Assembly: GCA_964016885.1 (NCBI GenBank)
Contig: OZ024743.1
Location: forward strand, 216,628,001-216,692,000
Reading direction: 5' to 3'
Source: Eledone cirrhosa
Taxonomy: Eukaryota
DNA: 64,000 bases
Part shown: piece by piece, positions 28,631 to 41,806 of the stretch
How positions within the stretch are numbered: the stretch's first letter is position 1
Layout of the letters: the number at the start of each line of letters is the position of its first letter
Program-made: the position numbers and the translations under genes
The notes under the pieces: generated by a model
The model's database searches: none
Told to the model about the DNA's origin: nothing
The model's input: only the letters and a program-made list of their open reading frames with translations

Positions 28631-30389
28631 ACGGTTCTTATACATTTGATATATATTTATCCTTATCGAGCACTCTTGGGATTTTAGTCTACAAATTTAT
28701 TATTATTACTATATATATATATATATATACACACACAAATATATGTAGACAATTATTCTGGTTGATACTAAATATTTCATGCATTAGTAATACTTTAAGA
28801 ATGAATGGATATTTAAAAAATATTCCAAAATCTAAATAGATCAGAATATGAATCAACGAATCTTAGCACAAAAAAATCACAAATATTGAATCAAGGAAAT
28901 CTACCTGCCATAACAATAAACTAACCGGGATATAGATAAATTCAAACCGTATAAATCAGATAGCTAGAGCGGTGAGACTTAAAAATATAGAAGCATGGAA
29001 TACAGGAATGAGAAAAATAACGAACACTAACAAAACCAAGAAAAAACGAAAAAGATTCACAGTAACGAGAGCTTGAAAATAATAACCCTCAAAACAATTA
29101 CTGTAACAGATATCACAATACAATATCAATAAGATCAAGAACCAAATAAATAATTATTATCACCACAAGAAACACAAAATATACATAAATACAAGGATAG
29201 ACTGGAAACCAACAAAGTACTAAGAAACAAACAGCAGACCTAAATATACAATATTTGTTTTTAATTCAAACTGAAAATAAATGTCGCACGAATAATCAGT
29301 CTCAACAAGATCAGGAACAAGGACACAGAAAAAGCAAAAAAAAAACTGAAAGAAAAAAACATTACCAACAAGCCATAAAAGACAACACGGAAATAATAAC
29401 AAGACACAACAGCAACAATATGTTACAAACAAATTCTATGACAGTAAAAACCATGGAAACAACAACAAATATGAAAGAATAATCGTAGAAAATAAGAGTG
29501 AAACACAAGAGCTACAAAAACCACCACAACATCGACGACAGAAATGAGAAACATTAGCATCATCATCAACAAATGTATCAATATAACCAATAAAGAGAAC
29601 CTGAAATATATGAAGAACAATACCAACATCGAACACTACCTCAACCACTAAACAAAAAACTCGCAAATGACCACAACATCAACAAATAAACTTAGAAGCA
29701 ATGTTATACACAAGAACCACGAAAGCAACAGCAAAATAAAGGAAGCAAAATCGCAGCATACATATCACCGGGGCCATCAGAAAAAAAATCTAACAAACAT
29801 ATACACCTCCTGAATAATACTCACAATATAAAGAATCCCAAAGCAAAAATTAACAGAAATAAATAGAAGGATCCATAAAATAAACCAAAGCACAAAAACA
29901 GCATAATCCTTAACGAAAACCACGGTGACAATAGCTACGAAAATGGATCCATCCACGAAAATACTAGAAGTACGAGCAGTTGCAAATAAAAATTATGAAT
30001 CCAAGAAACAATGAAACATATTCACCAAGAGTAAGTGCAACCTGAATAATATCAATACTGAAATGACAGTAAAAAAAAAGAAGTAATTTATATAGACAAA
30101 ATTAACATATCAGGAGGTCCACACTACAATAGCAACAGCATGTAGGACCACTGTTACAACAACATAAACTAAACGAAATCAATTACAATCAGCAGAAACT
30201 CAACAACAAAAAGCAAATCATGGGCAAACAACACGTCTGTTATTGTCAAATATTTCCAAATTTCAAAGAAATTCTGTATTGTATGACTTTGTCTCTAAAC
30301 TTTAGTGTAAATGTCAAAATTAAATGATTACTTCTTCAAAATATGCAAATGCCCGCGCATTTGTGTTCGGACAAATGATACTAAATCAA

Positions 30390-31105
30390 AACCATTCCCT
30401 GTGAGTGTCAGACTCCATCAACAGTGTGTACTGATATCCCAGCTATTCATTATTTTCACGAACAGAACTGACATACGCAGCCAAAGGTAAAATCAGTTTG
30501 GTAGAATTTGCAGAAGAAATAGTTTTACTTAACTCGATAAAAGTCGATCTCTGAAATGCACTCGATAGCTTTAATGGCGAGGGATGCATAGCTGGAATGA
30601 AAATATGTACTGAAAAAAAATTGAGAATCTCGTCCTCTCAAGGCAGCTTACGCAGTGCACTCTACAAGTGAATATAGTTCCACTAAAGCACGGATAGACG
30701 TTCGCGCGTCATCTTTGCGAGTGGTGAAAAAACAGAAAGTTGAATTAAGATTTGCTGCAGTTACTGCCACCTTCAGCATTCGGTAATCAGAAGAAGGGAG
30801 GTAGCTGTAAAAGCCAATCTCGCTATGTTAAATTCCGTATTCATGCAACCACGTACCTATGTTCATGAATCTTGGTTAGTGACCGAAAGAATACAGTCAC
30901 GAATACAAGCAGCGAAATGGGGTTCCTCCGAACCGTCTTTAGAGTAACGTTACTCGATAGAGTGCGTTGCCCGGAGATCAGAGATTCACTCATGGGAGAG
31001 ACTATACTACGTTGAATTGAGAAATCACAGCTCCGATACTAAGGGCATGTTGTTAAAATATCTCAGAAAAGAACCGGGAGGAGACACAGGGATAAACCCC
31101 GGGCA
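30390..31105 (+). pseudogene. Highly decayed RTE-clade LINE RT C-terminal fragment
   Basis: Remnants readable as V.LHQQCVL, TYVHESW, RIQAA, EKSQLR..GHV, similar to RTE consensus motifs. Confidence 0.6.
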
Positions 31106-31287
31106 AAATAGTCATACCCCCCCCCCCATATATATATATATACAGAAAAGACGAGGAAGTTTCGATGTTGGTATCGATTTCATAGCATCCATATGGGACT
31201 TTACAGATCGATAATCAATAAAAACAATTAAACGAAACTTTATCGCGTTTTCATATATACACAACCAGTTAATCACTGAATCACCTA

Positions 31288-31381
<94 letters not shown>

Positions 31382-31647
31382 AACGGAAAAAATGAAACGA
31401 TATTTCATTTCCCACTCTTAGTACGGCTGTTACTTAAATATAAGTATGTACACGTACATACATATATGTATACCGACGTACAGTAGTATGTATATATATA
31501 TATACATACATGCACACATATATATATGCACGTATGGATTCACCGAACATTTATTATAATGCTCGGTGTGTTTGTAAACAAACATCCCGTATTAAGCCGT
31601 AGTGTCTAGCAACCACCGTTGCTCGTTTGTTCAACACTGACAAAGGA

Positions 31648-31690
31648 ACGCTGTACTAGTTTCAAGCTTGTTAGCTATCGTCAGCAACGT
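31648..31690 (-). ncRNA. Minimal type I HHR (unit 1)
   Basis: Minus: ACGTTG-CTGACGA-TAGCT(AACA)AGCTT-GAAA-CTAG-TA-CAGCGT. Confidence 0.88.
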
Positions 31691-32069
31691 ATACCTTCCT
31701 GCCAGATTGTTGAACGTATATACTTACCTTATGCATATTAACGGCTGAGTAGCCCAATTTGCATATCGAGTGGGTTAATCGGCCGGGTGCACCGAAAACG
31801 ATAAACGGAAAAAATGAAACGATATTTCATTTCCCACTCTTAGTACGGCTGTTACTTAAATATAAGTATGTACACGTACATACATATATGTATACCGACG
31901 TACAGTAGTATGTATATATATATATACATACATGCACACATATATATATGCACGTATGGATTCACCGAACATTTATTATAATGCTCGGTGTGTTTGTAAA
32001 CAAACATCCCGTATTAAGCCGTAGTGTCTAGCAACCACCGTTGCTCGTTTGTTCAACACTGACAAAGGA

Positions 32070-32112
32070 ACGCTGTACTAGTTTCAAGCTTGTTAGCTAT
32101 CGTCAGCAACGT
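32070..32112 (-). ncRNA. Minimal type I HHR (unit 2)
   Basis: Same sequence as unit 1, offset by 422. Confidence 0.88.
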
Positions 32113-32491
32113 ATACCTTCCTGCCAGATTGTTGAACGTATATACTTACCTTATGCATATTAACGGCTGAGTAGCCCAATTTGCATATCGAGTGGGTTAA
32201 TCGGCCGGGTGCACCGAAAACGATAAACGGAAAAAATGAAACGATATTTCATTTCCCACTCTTAGTACGGCTGTTACTTAAATATAAGTATGTACACGTA
32301 CATACATATATGTATACCGACGTACAGTAGTATGTATATATATATATACATACATGCACACATATATATATGCACGTATGGATTCACCGAACATTTATTA
32401 TAATGCTCGGTGTGTTTGTAAACAAACATCCCGTATTAAGCCGTAGTGTCTAGCAACCACCGTTGCTCGTTTGTTCAACACTGACAAAGGA

Positions 32492-32534
32492 ACGCTGTAC
32501 TAGTTTCAAGCTTGTTAGCTATCGTCAGCAACGT
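32492..32534 (-). ncRNA. Minimal type I HHR (unit 3)
   Basis: Same sequence as unit 1, offset by 844. Confidence 0.88.
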
Positions 32535-32918
32535 ATACCTTCCTGCCAGATTGTTGAACGTATATACTTACCTTATGCATATTAACGGCTGAGTAGCCCA
32601 ATTTGCATATCGAGTGGGTTAATCGGCCGGGTGCACCGAAAACGATAAACGGAAAAAATGAAACGATATTTCATTTCCCACTCTTAGTACGGCTGTTACT
32701 TAAATATAAGTATGTACACGTACATACATATATGTATACCGACGTACAGTAGTATGTATATATATATATACATACATGCACACATATATATATGCACGTA
32801 TGGATTCACCGAACATTTATTATAATGCTCTTAACCCACTCGATATGCAAATTGGGCTACTCAGCCGTTAATATGCATAAGGTAAGTATATACGTTCAAC
32901 AATCTGGCAGGAAGGTAT

Positions 32919-32961
32919 ACGTTGCTGACGATAGCTAACAAGCTTGAAACTAGTACAGCGT
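32919..32961 (+). ncRNA. Minimal type I HHR (inverted arm)
   Basis: ACGTTG-CTGACGA-TAGCT(AACA)AGCTT-GAAA-CTAG-TA-CAGCGT; predicted cleavage after 32955. Confidence 0.88.
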
Positions 32962-33164
32962 TCCTTTGTCAGTGTTGAACAAACGAGCAACGGTGGTTGC
33001 TAGACACTACGGCTTAATACGGGATGTTTGTTTACAAACACACCGAGCATTATAATAAATGTTCGGTGAATCCATACGTGCATATATATATGTGTGCATG
33101 TATGTATATATATATATACATACTACTGTACGTCGGTATACATATATGTATGTACGTGTACATA

Positions 33165-33254
<90 letters not shown>

Positions 33255-33260
<6 letters not shown>

Positions 33261-34806
33261 GTCTATAGAATCACCAGATAAAATATATACCATTTCCTCT
33301 CCCAATTAGCATAATTAACCATAAAAAAATCGAATAGTCCAGGCTATAAGAATAAGACTTCTATGAAGAAATCTCCAACAAATAATCGAAACTAGCCCTT
33401 CGTGTCGGCTGAGACGGAATATTTATCAAATATTTCGACAGTGTAATCGCCCAGATATACAGTAAATGATACAGAATTAGGTGTAAAATAAACTAGGAGA
33501 AAAGAGAATACATTTGTTTACCTCGTCCATGGTTTCGTCCGCATTTTGAGATTTCCAATAACTTCGGAAACTCGAGCACCGGACTCTTCAGGAGTTTGCT
33601 CAAATCTAGACAATAAATTTTCCAAAGTGATCGCGCCAAGAATAAATTCAAAAATGGCTAAGAATCGTGACGTAGCTACGGTCAGGCTGGAAAGAGTGTG
33701 GCTAGTTGCTTACGGCTGGTGGCCTTTTGCTAGAAAGCACAGCACAATACAGCCAAATTTGTATCTCTACCTAACGGGAGATTATTACATATAAAGGTTT
33801 ACATATATATATATATACATATATATACATATACGTGTTTGCAACGGGTCACTTTGTGGCTCAAGGAAAAGTTAATTAATTAAATAATCAGAGCTATATA
33901 TCATAAAATATGTCTATAGAATCACCAGATAAAATATATACCATTTCCTCTCCCAATTAGTATAATTAACCATATAAAAATCGAATAGACCAGGCTATAA
34001 GAATAAGGCTTCTATGAAGAAATCTCCAACAAATAACCGAAACTAGCCCTTTGCGTCGGCTGCGACGGAATATTTATCAAATATTTCGAGAGCGTAATCG
34101 CCCAGATGTACAGTAAATTAAACAGAATTAGGTGTAAAATAAACTAGGAGAAAAGAGAATACATTTGTTTACCTCGACCATGGTTTCGTTCGCATTTTGA
34201 GATTTCCAATAACTTCGGAAACTCGAGCACCCGACTCTTCAGGAGTTTGCTCAAATCTAGACAATAAATTTTCCAAAGTTATCGCGCCAACCTGACCGCT
34301 GCTACGTCACGATTCTTAGCCATTTTTGAATGTATTCTTGAATGTATTCTTGGCGCGATCACTTTGGAAAATTTATTGTCTAGATTTGAGCAAACTCCTG
34401 AAGAGTCCGGTGCTCGAGTTTCCGAAGTTATTGGAAATCTCAAAATGCGGACAAAACCATGGCCGAGGTAAACAAATGTATTCTCTTTTCTCCTAGTTTA
34501 TTTTACGCCTAATTCTGTTTAAATTACTGTATATCTGGGCGATTACGCTGTCGAAATATTCGATAAATATTCCGTCGCAGCCGACACGAAGGGCTAGTTT
34601 CGGTTATTTGTTGGAGATTTCTTCATAGAAGCCTTATTCTTATAGCCTGGTGTATTCGATTTTTTATATGGTTAATTATGCTAACTGGGAGAGGAAATAG
34701 TATATATTTTCTGGTGATTCTATAGACATGTTTTATGACATATAGCTCTGATTATTTAATTTATTAACTTTTCATTGAGCCACAAAGTGACCCGTTGCAA
34801 AACACG
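33255..34806. mobile_element. Non-coding foldback element (33834-34806) plus an adjacent direct partial copy (33255-33795)
   Basis: ~450-bp inverted arms ending CGTGTTT(T)GCAACGGGTCACTTTG, TA-flanked; family not recognised. Confidence 0.75.
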
Positions 34807-34821
34807 TATATATATATATAC

Positions 34822-34930
<109 letters not shown>

Positions 34931-36965
34931 AACGTATTGTATATTTAATAATATACTGTATGTTTATTTAAAAACATTTTGAAGGCCTTTCGCTATGAAT
35001 GTATGTTAATGAGTTTAAAACAGCTCATAGACATAATTGGTATTCTATAAGAATCCAGCTTCTACAGCTCTCACAAAAAACAGAGGGGTATATAACCTTG
35101 ATAACAGCTAAACAGAGAGGAATGTGTTGGTTATTCCAATTGTTTTTGATGAAGCTGGTATGTTACTATAGTCCCTACCTTAAATACATAGGGAAAGACC
35201 TTCAAAATGTTTTTAAATAAACATACATTATATTATTATATATACAGTACGTACGTTCATATATACACCGCTATTTCAGAGCTCCAACACAAATACATAC
35301 ATATATATATATATGTGTGTGGGGGGGGGGGTATGTGTGTGCGTGCGCGTGCGTGTTTGTAGTTCAAGGAGTCAACAAATAAGTTTCACGCTTTATATTT
35401 TAAAGCGGAAAGCAAGTTCGACGTGTTGGGCTTAAGCCCTTCTTCGGGAGAACTAAACAGGGACAGGATCACAATGGAGCAACAGAAAAGAAGCTCCAGC
35501 AAAGACGCACATAATACAGATATGCTAATTAATCTCACACCTTCATCTATAGTTGATAGCTTTTTCTCAATTATTGTTATATACTTTCTGAAAAATATCT
35601 GTTCTCAAAAATATATTTATAATTTAATTCCTATTTCTCTCTTATTAAAAAGGAAATTGCAAATATTTACTATATAATTAGTAAAAACAAACGGTGACTA
35701 AAAAAGGAATTACGGTCAATATTATTAAAAAGAAACATCACCACTCTTCTCTTACAACCACCACTACAGACAAGGCCACAGCTACCAACAAATATTCTAA
35801 CACCAACAACAGCAGCAACATATCGACAAAGAAAAATAATACTACGGTAATGACAACAGTAACCACTACAACAACAACAGCAGCAGTATCAACAACAGCA
35901 GCACAAGCAACAACACAACACGGGAAAATTATGAAAATAATTTCCCACTGCTAAAATTTTCAACACAGCCATGACCATCACAGGAACAACAAAATAATAT
36001 AAGTGTTTCTACTTTTGGCCAACAATTATCCCAGTGTAATACTGGTACTTTATTTTATCAGTAATACACCGGGATAATTGCTGGCCTTGTGCCAAAAGTA
36101 GAAACAATTATTTTATTTTGTTGTTCCTGTGATGGCTGTGTTGAATTTTTTAGCAATGACAATAAAACGCAACGAATACTAACACATAAGCACCGCCACT
36201 GCACATAGAAGCACATAGACAAGCACAGACCACTAAACTATAAGGCGGAACATTTCCAAGTGAATATATATATTTTTTATATTTGCTTAAAACGTTTCAC
36301 AGCTGACGTATAAACACCTCGCACCAAACACAATTTTTTCTTCTGTATATTCAGATGTCTCTGCGGCTACCTATAAAGAGGAATGACAAAACAACTCATT
36401 TATTTATGGAAACATACTAAATAAAATAAATGTCCTCATTATCTTGAATTCCGATCCATCATAGTTATAAATATGTTACCAGACATTACATATATATAGT
36501 TTCATCGCTTTATCTAATACACCGCTCATCGTAAAAACAAAACCAAAGAGCGAACAAAATTAAAGCATTACCATTCGTTTTATATCATATTCCCTGTTAT
36601 GCCTCAGGATCCATATCAAACCCCTAAACAACCTGGCCCAAGTCTGATCAACTACAGCTTTCTATAAATTTCACATTGCTTCCTATGGTTTATAAACATC
36701 GTTGTGTGATAAGAAACACCATCTGTATAAATGTTTACTATTTTGTTTATATTGCTTGACTCCTTATATAGCCTCAATCTGCTTGAGTAATATGTCCTCA
36801 GCGCAGTTCCGTAGAAAGAAAGCGTGTGAAAGAGTCGAATGGTGTGTATACGAACCTGTATCATTGTCCTTGTTTATGTTTAGGTGAAAGTATGTATGTT
36901 ATTATATATGTATATATACGCACGCACGCGCACACGCAGACACACACACAGACACACACTCACAG

Positions 36966-37006
<41 letters not shown>

Positions 37007-37016
37007 AACATATATA

Positions 37017-37089
<73 letters not shown>

Positions 37090-37303
37090 ATATATATATA
37101 TCGTTTTTGAATTTGTTTAGCAAGATTCTTTATCTGAAATCGTGTGTTGAAACCGATATTGTTATACTTTGGGAGGGTCATGTTGCCAATAAGCTTTCAC
37201 TTCAATTTATTATATATTTATAAATTTATAAATTTACAAATCTACAAACTTATAAATTTCTGGTTGGTTGGTTGGTTCCACAACCAGATAGTTGTTTATA
37301 TAT

Positions 37304-37348
37304 AGTCATAGTCCTTTCGTCACACACTCTGTGACCTCTTCAGTGACT
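37304..37348 (-). ncRNA. Minimal type I HHR, intact core
   Basis: Minus: AGTCA-CTGAAGA-G-GTCACA(GAGTG)TGTGAC-GAAA-GGAC-TA-TGACT. Confidence 0.8.
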
Positions 37349-39166
37349 CGGGATTCCTTTCTTTTTTTCTGTACCTTTCCTTTCTTCTGTCCTACGCCAT
37401 TTTGTTTCTGTGTGTGTGTTGTGTGCTCAGTTTGCGCATGCGCCACATCCGGGTGTCTGTGTGTGTTTGTGTTCATTTATCTATTTGTTTATTTATTTAC
37501 ATGTTGTTGGTTGGTTGTTTGTTCTATGTGTGTGTGTGTTTTCATTTTGTCCTTAATTGTAAGTCGTGATGTTGCTGTTCCACTCATATTTTCTATTTAA
37601 TTTTGGTTGTAATTCTTTTATGCTTACTGCCTCTGTAATTTGCCTAAACATTGCATCTTTTCTGTGTGTGGATTCTATTTTTATTTCTATGTTCTCTAAT
37701 TTACCCTTGTGTTCTATCTTAGCATGTTGGTAGAGTACAGATGATTCTTTATTATCTTGAAGGTCTCGGCAGTGTTCATTTATTCGTTCCCCTATACTAC
37801 GAGCTGTCTCACCTATGTACACTATATTTTTGTTTCTACATTGTTCTTCAGTACATCTTATGCTATACACTACATTTCTAGTTTTACAGTTAATATGGGG
37901 GCTTATTTTACAGGTTATACATTTCTTATCTATACATGAGGGTCTTTGGAACGGGTATGTCTTGCTAATAAGTGTTTTTACGGAGGTGCCTGGTATTTCT
38001 ACTATCTTAATATTGAGTTTATGTTTATTTAGGGCCCTTCTAAATGTGTAGGCTAGTTCGCCGCTAGGGGTTGTATTGATGAACATTACACTCTGGTATT
38101 TATTGCTATCATACCATGAGTTTATTCTATTGGCCTTCTTCCTAGTTCTTTCTATTCTATTCCAAAATTTGCTCTTATACAAGGGGCAGGTCCCATTGAT
38201 GAACATGACACTCTGGTATTTATTGCTATCATACCATGAGTTTATTCTATTGGCTTTATTCCTAGTTCTTTCTATTCTATTCCAAAATTTGCTCCTATAC
38301 AAGGGGCAGGTCCCATAAATGGGACCTGCCCCTTGTATAGGAGCAAATTTTGGAATAGAATAGAAAGAACTAGGAACAAGGCCAATAGAATAAACTCATG
38401 GTATGATAGCAATAAATACCAGAGTGTAATGTTCATCAATACAACCCCTAGAGGCGAACTAGCCTACACATTTAGAAGGGCCCTAAATAAACATAAACTC
38501 AATATTAAGATAGTAGAAAGACCAGGTACCTCCGTAAAAACACTTATTAGCAAGACATACCCGTTCCAAAGACCCTCATGTATAGATAAGAAATGTATAA
38601 CCTGTAAAATAAGCCCCCATATTAACTGTAAAACTAGAAATGTAGTGTATAGCATAAGATGTACTGAAAGACAATGTAGAAACAAAAATATAGTGTACAT
38701 AGGTGAGACAGCTCGTAGTATAGGGGAACGAATAAATGAACACTGGCGAGACCTTCAAGATAATAAAGAATCATCTGTACTCTACCAACATGCTAAGATA
38801 GAACACAAGGGTAAATTAGAGAACATAGAAATAAAAATAGAATCCACACACAGAAAAGATGCAATGTTTAGGCAAATTACAGAGGCATTAAGCATAAAAG
38901 AATTACAACCAAAATTAAATAGAAAATATGAGTGGAACAGCAACATCACAACTTACAATTAAGGACAAAATGAAAACACACACACACATAGAACAAACAA
39001 CCAACCAACAACATGTAAATAAATAAACAAATAGATAAATGAACACAAACACACACAGACACCCGGATGTGGCGCATGCGCAAACTGAGCACACAACACA
39101 CACACATAAACAAAATGGCGCAGGACAGAAGAAAGGAAAGGTACAGAAACAAAGAAAGGAATCCCG

Positions 39167-39211
39167 AGTCACTGAAGAGGTCACAGAGTGTGTGACGAAA
39201 GGACTGTGACT
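39167..39211 (+). ncRNA. HHR copy with non-cleavable CUG triplet
   Basis: Same as 37304-37348 except TA>TG at the cleavage site. Confidence 0.7.
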
Positions 39212-39369
39212 ATATATAAACAACTATCTGGTTGTGGACACAACCAACCAACCAGAAATTTATAAGTTTGTAGATTTTTAAATTTACAAATTTATAAATA
39301 TATAATAAATTGAAGTGAAAGCAACTGGTGCGTGTGTTTCTTATTGGCAACATGACCCTCCCAAAGTAT

Positions 39370-39472
<103 letters not shown>

Positions 39473-39492
39473 TAAACATATATATATATTTA

Positions 39493-40150
39493 CAGTGGCT
39501 GACTGGATCTAGAATTATTGGTTGCAAGATGAAGGGGGCCAACCTACATATAGAATGCTATCATTTAATTTTTATAAATAACATTTTCGAAAAATACTTA
39601 AGTGGACAGAAAACAGGGTAATCACCTTTTTAGTTTTTTTTTTTATTGGTTGTAAAATAAAAACTAAAAAATGGTTAGATATATATCTTGACCAGGATTG
39701 AACTCAAGGCCAGGATCTCCACCGTCTCTAGTAACTAGCGCTAGGCTACAGAAACAACTACGAAAACATTATGAAAATTCATACTTATAAACCTACTTTC
39801 AAAATTTTCTAAACAAAATACTGCGGTGTTGTTCATGTATTTTTCAATGTTATTGCTCCCACTTAAGGTTGACCTCTAAATCATTTGGGTGTTACATAAA
39901 CTACATCCTCGTTTTGTTTCTCATCTATCTAAACTACATTTTAACCAGCAATTTCTTTTTCTCTGTGTGATATTTGAATGTACTATGATTTGGGCATACC
40001 TTATTTGTATATATATGTTTTTTGCATGTCAGATTCAAATTTACAATGATGGGCATTATATATATATACACACAGTGGCGGACTAGGTATAAAATTATTG
40101 ATTGCCAGATGAAGGGGGCCACCTACTTATAGAATGCCATCATTTAATTT
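39493..40150 (+). repeat. Two ~80-bp direct repeats (39493-39572, 40073-40150) starting CAGTGGC, like hAT/MITE termini
   Basis: Shared CAGTGGC.GACT...GATGAAGGGGGCC...TAGAATGC.ATCATTTAATTT; the hAT assignment rests on the terminal motif only. Confidence 0.45.
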
Positions 40151-41595
40151 GTATAATGAATAAATAGCATTTTCAAAAAATACATAAGTTGAAACAAAAC
40201 AGTGCAATCAAATTTTTGCGGAAAAATATCCTACCTTCTCCAATAAAAATATTATGTATTTTGCGAAATCCAGAGACTTTCAATAATGACCTTAGGTCTT
40301 TCACACTCACTCAATATATATCTCTGTGTGTGTGTGTCTGTGTGTGTGTCTCTCTCTTTCTCTCTCTCTATATATATATACACCACCTTCACCACTAATT
40401 GATTTCATAGATGTCTTTAACCAATTGATACCAAATAGTATTTGTTAAGTAGTTCGTGTGTATGTATATATACATATATGCTTGTGTGTCTGCGCCTATA
40501 TATGTATGTTTGCATGCATGAATGAAAACACTAAGCTTTAGATTTAGTAGAATGTAAAACAACTGATTCCAGCTATTTGCACTATCGTAAATTTTGGTTT
40601 CTAATAATTCCCTGGGGAATTGGTTGACCAAAAGCATTGCTTAAATGTTTATTTATTTTTTTTTTATTATTATTCTTTCTCTTTGATATCAGGTATTTTT
40701 TTAAAGCAAAGCATTGGCCCGTAAAATACTACAGTGGACCCTGTAATGCTAATGTGGGCTCTTGCAATGCTACTTGCCATTGGTGAGGATTTATGTATGC
40801 ATGTATATTTGCATCATCAGCAGACATTTAAAACGATGTATTCAACCGCTATTTGATTATGATATGTTCACTCTATTCGAATGTTTGTGGCATATTCAAT
40901 CAGTGTACGTTATCTGTGACAGTCCCTGCCTTTAGTTATTTTTTATGTTTGGCTATAAGTTTAGCTGTATAAGAATCGTCGTTTTAGCAGTGTATTCTGA
41001 AATCGAATTTAATTTTTAGTGAGTTTTATTAAAAATTGGCGAGAGACTTTATCAAAGCCCAAGCGATTTTTCATTCAAATCACAACAAACCGACATGCAT
41101 AAATGTTATCCTGCATGTTTAACATGGAGTAAATTTATAATTTTCGACAAAGTAATCAAGACATGTGAAAATGACACCAAGTTACGCAACAAAGAGGAAT
41201 ATATATATATATTCACGCATATTCATCCCTACAAATCTATCTAGGTCTGTATCAATCTATCAATCTATCCCACTATCCCTCTTTCTATCTCTCTCTATAT
41301 CTATCTAAATCTCTATCTCTTTATTATATATATTATATTAAGTTATATTATGTTATATTATATTATCCAGAACATGATTCAAACCAGTTCTCTATACTTA
41401 ACAAATGTTGAGTGTAAATATGTTTACGGCAGCCTGGCCTCGGTTAAGCTTCTGTCGTCTCGTTAGCAAATGCGAAATAAATCTAATTTGGTTCAAATGT
41501 ATACATTCGGGTGCGTGCTTAAAATTTGATTGACAGGTGGAGTGTTGTTACATACATACGTACATACATCCATACTTAAATACATATATACGTAC

Positions 41596-41693
<98 letters not shown>

Positions 41694-41726
41694 CATATTT
41701 ATAAATTAATACACTCAAAACAAAGG

Positions 41727-41806
<80 letters not shown>

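Larger units (their letters stand above)
31381..33170. mobile_element. Candidate retrozyme: 422-bp non-coding HHR unit, 3.4 tandem copies (31381-32830) plus inverted partial copy (32831-33170), flanked by (TA)n
   Basis: CGGCCGGGTGCACC recurs at 31780, 32202, 32624 (period 422); units look identical by eye; one intact HHR per unit; no meaningful ORF. Confidence 0.85.

Noticed and set aside
31381-32830. CRISPR array, or piggyBac element (TTAACCC at 32831)
   Set aside because: Units are whole 422-bp repeats with no unique spacers; TTAACCC is internal unit sequence exposed at the inversion point, not a TIR/TSD pair.
35416-35455. HHR relics here and at 5270-5303, 62210-62250 and 63161-63197
   Set aside because: Recognisable outlines but two or more core defects each; not listed as ribozymes.
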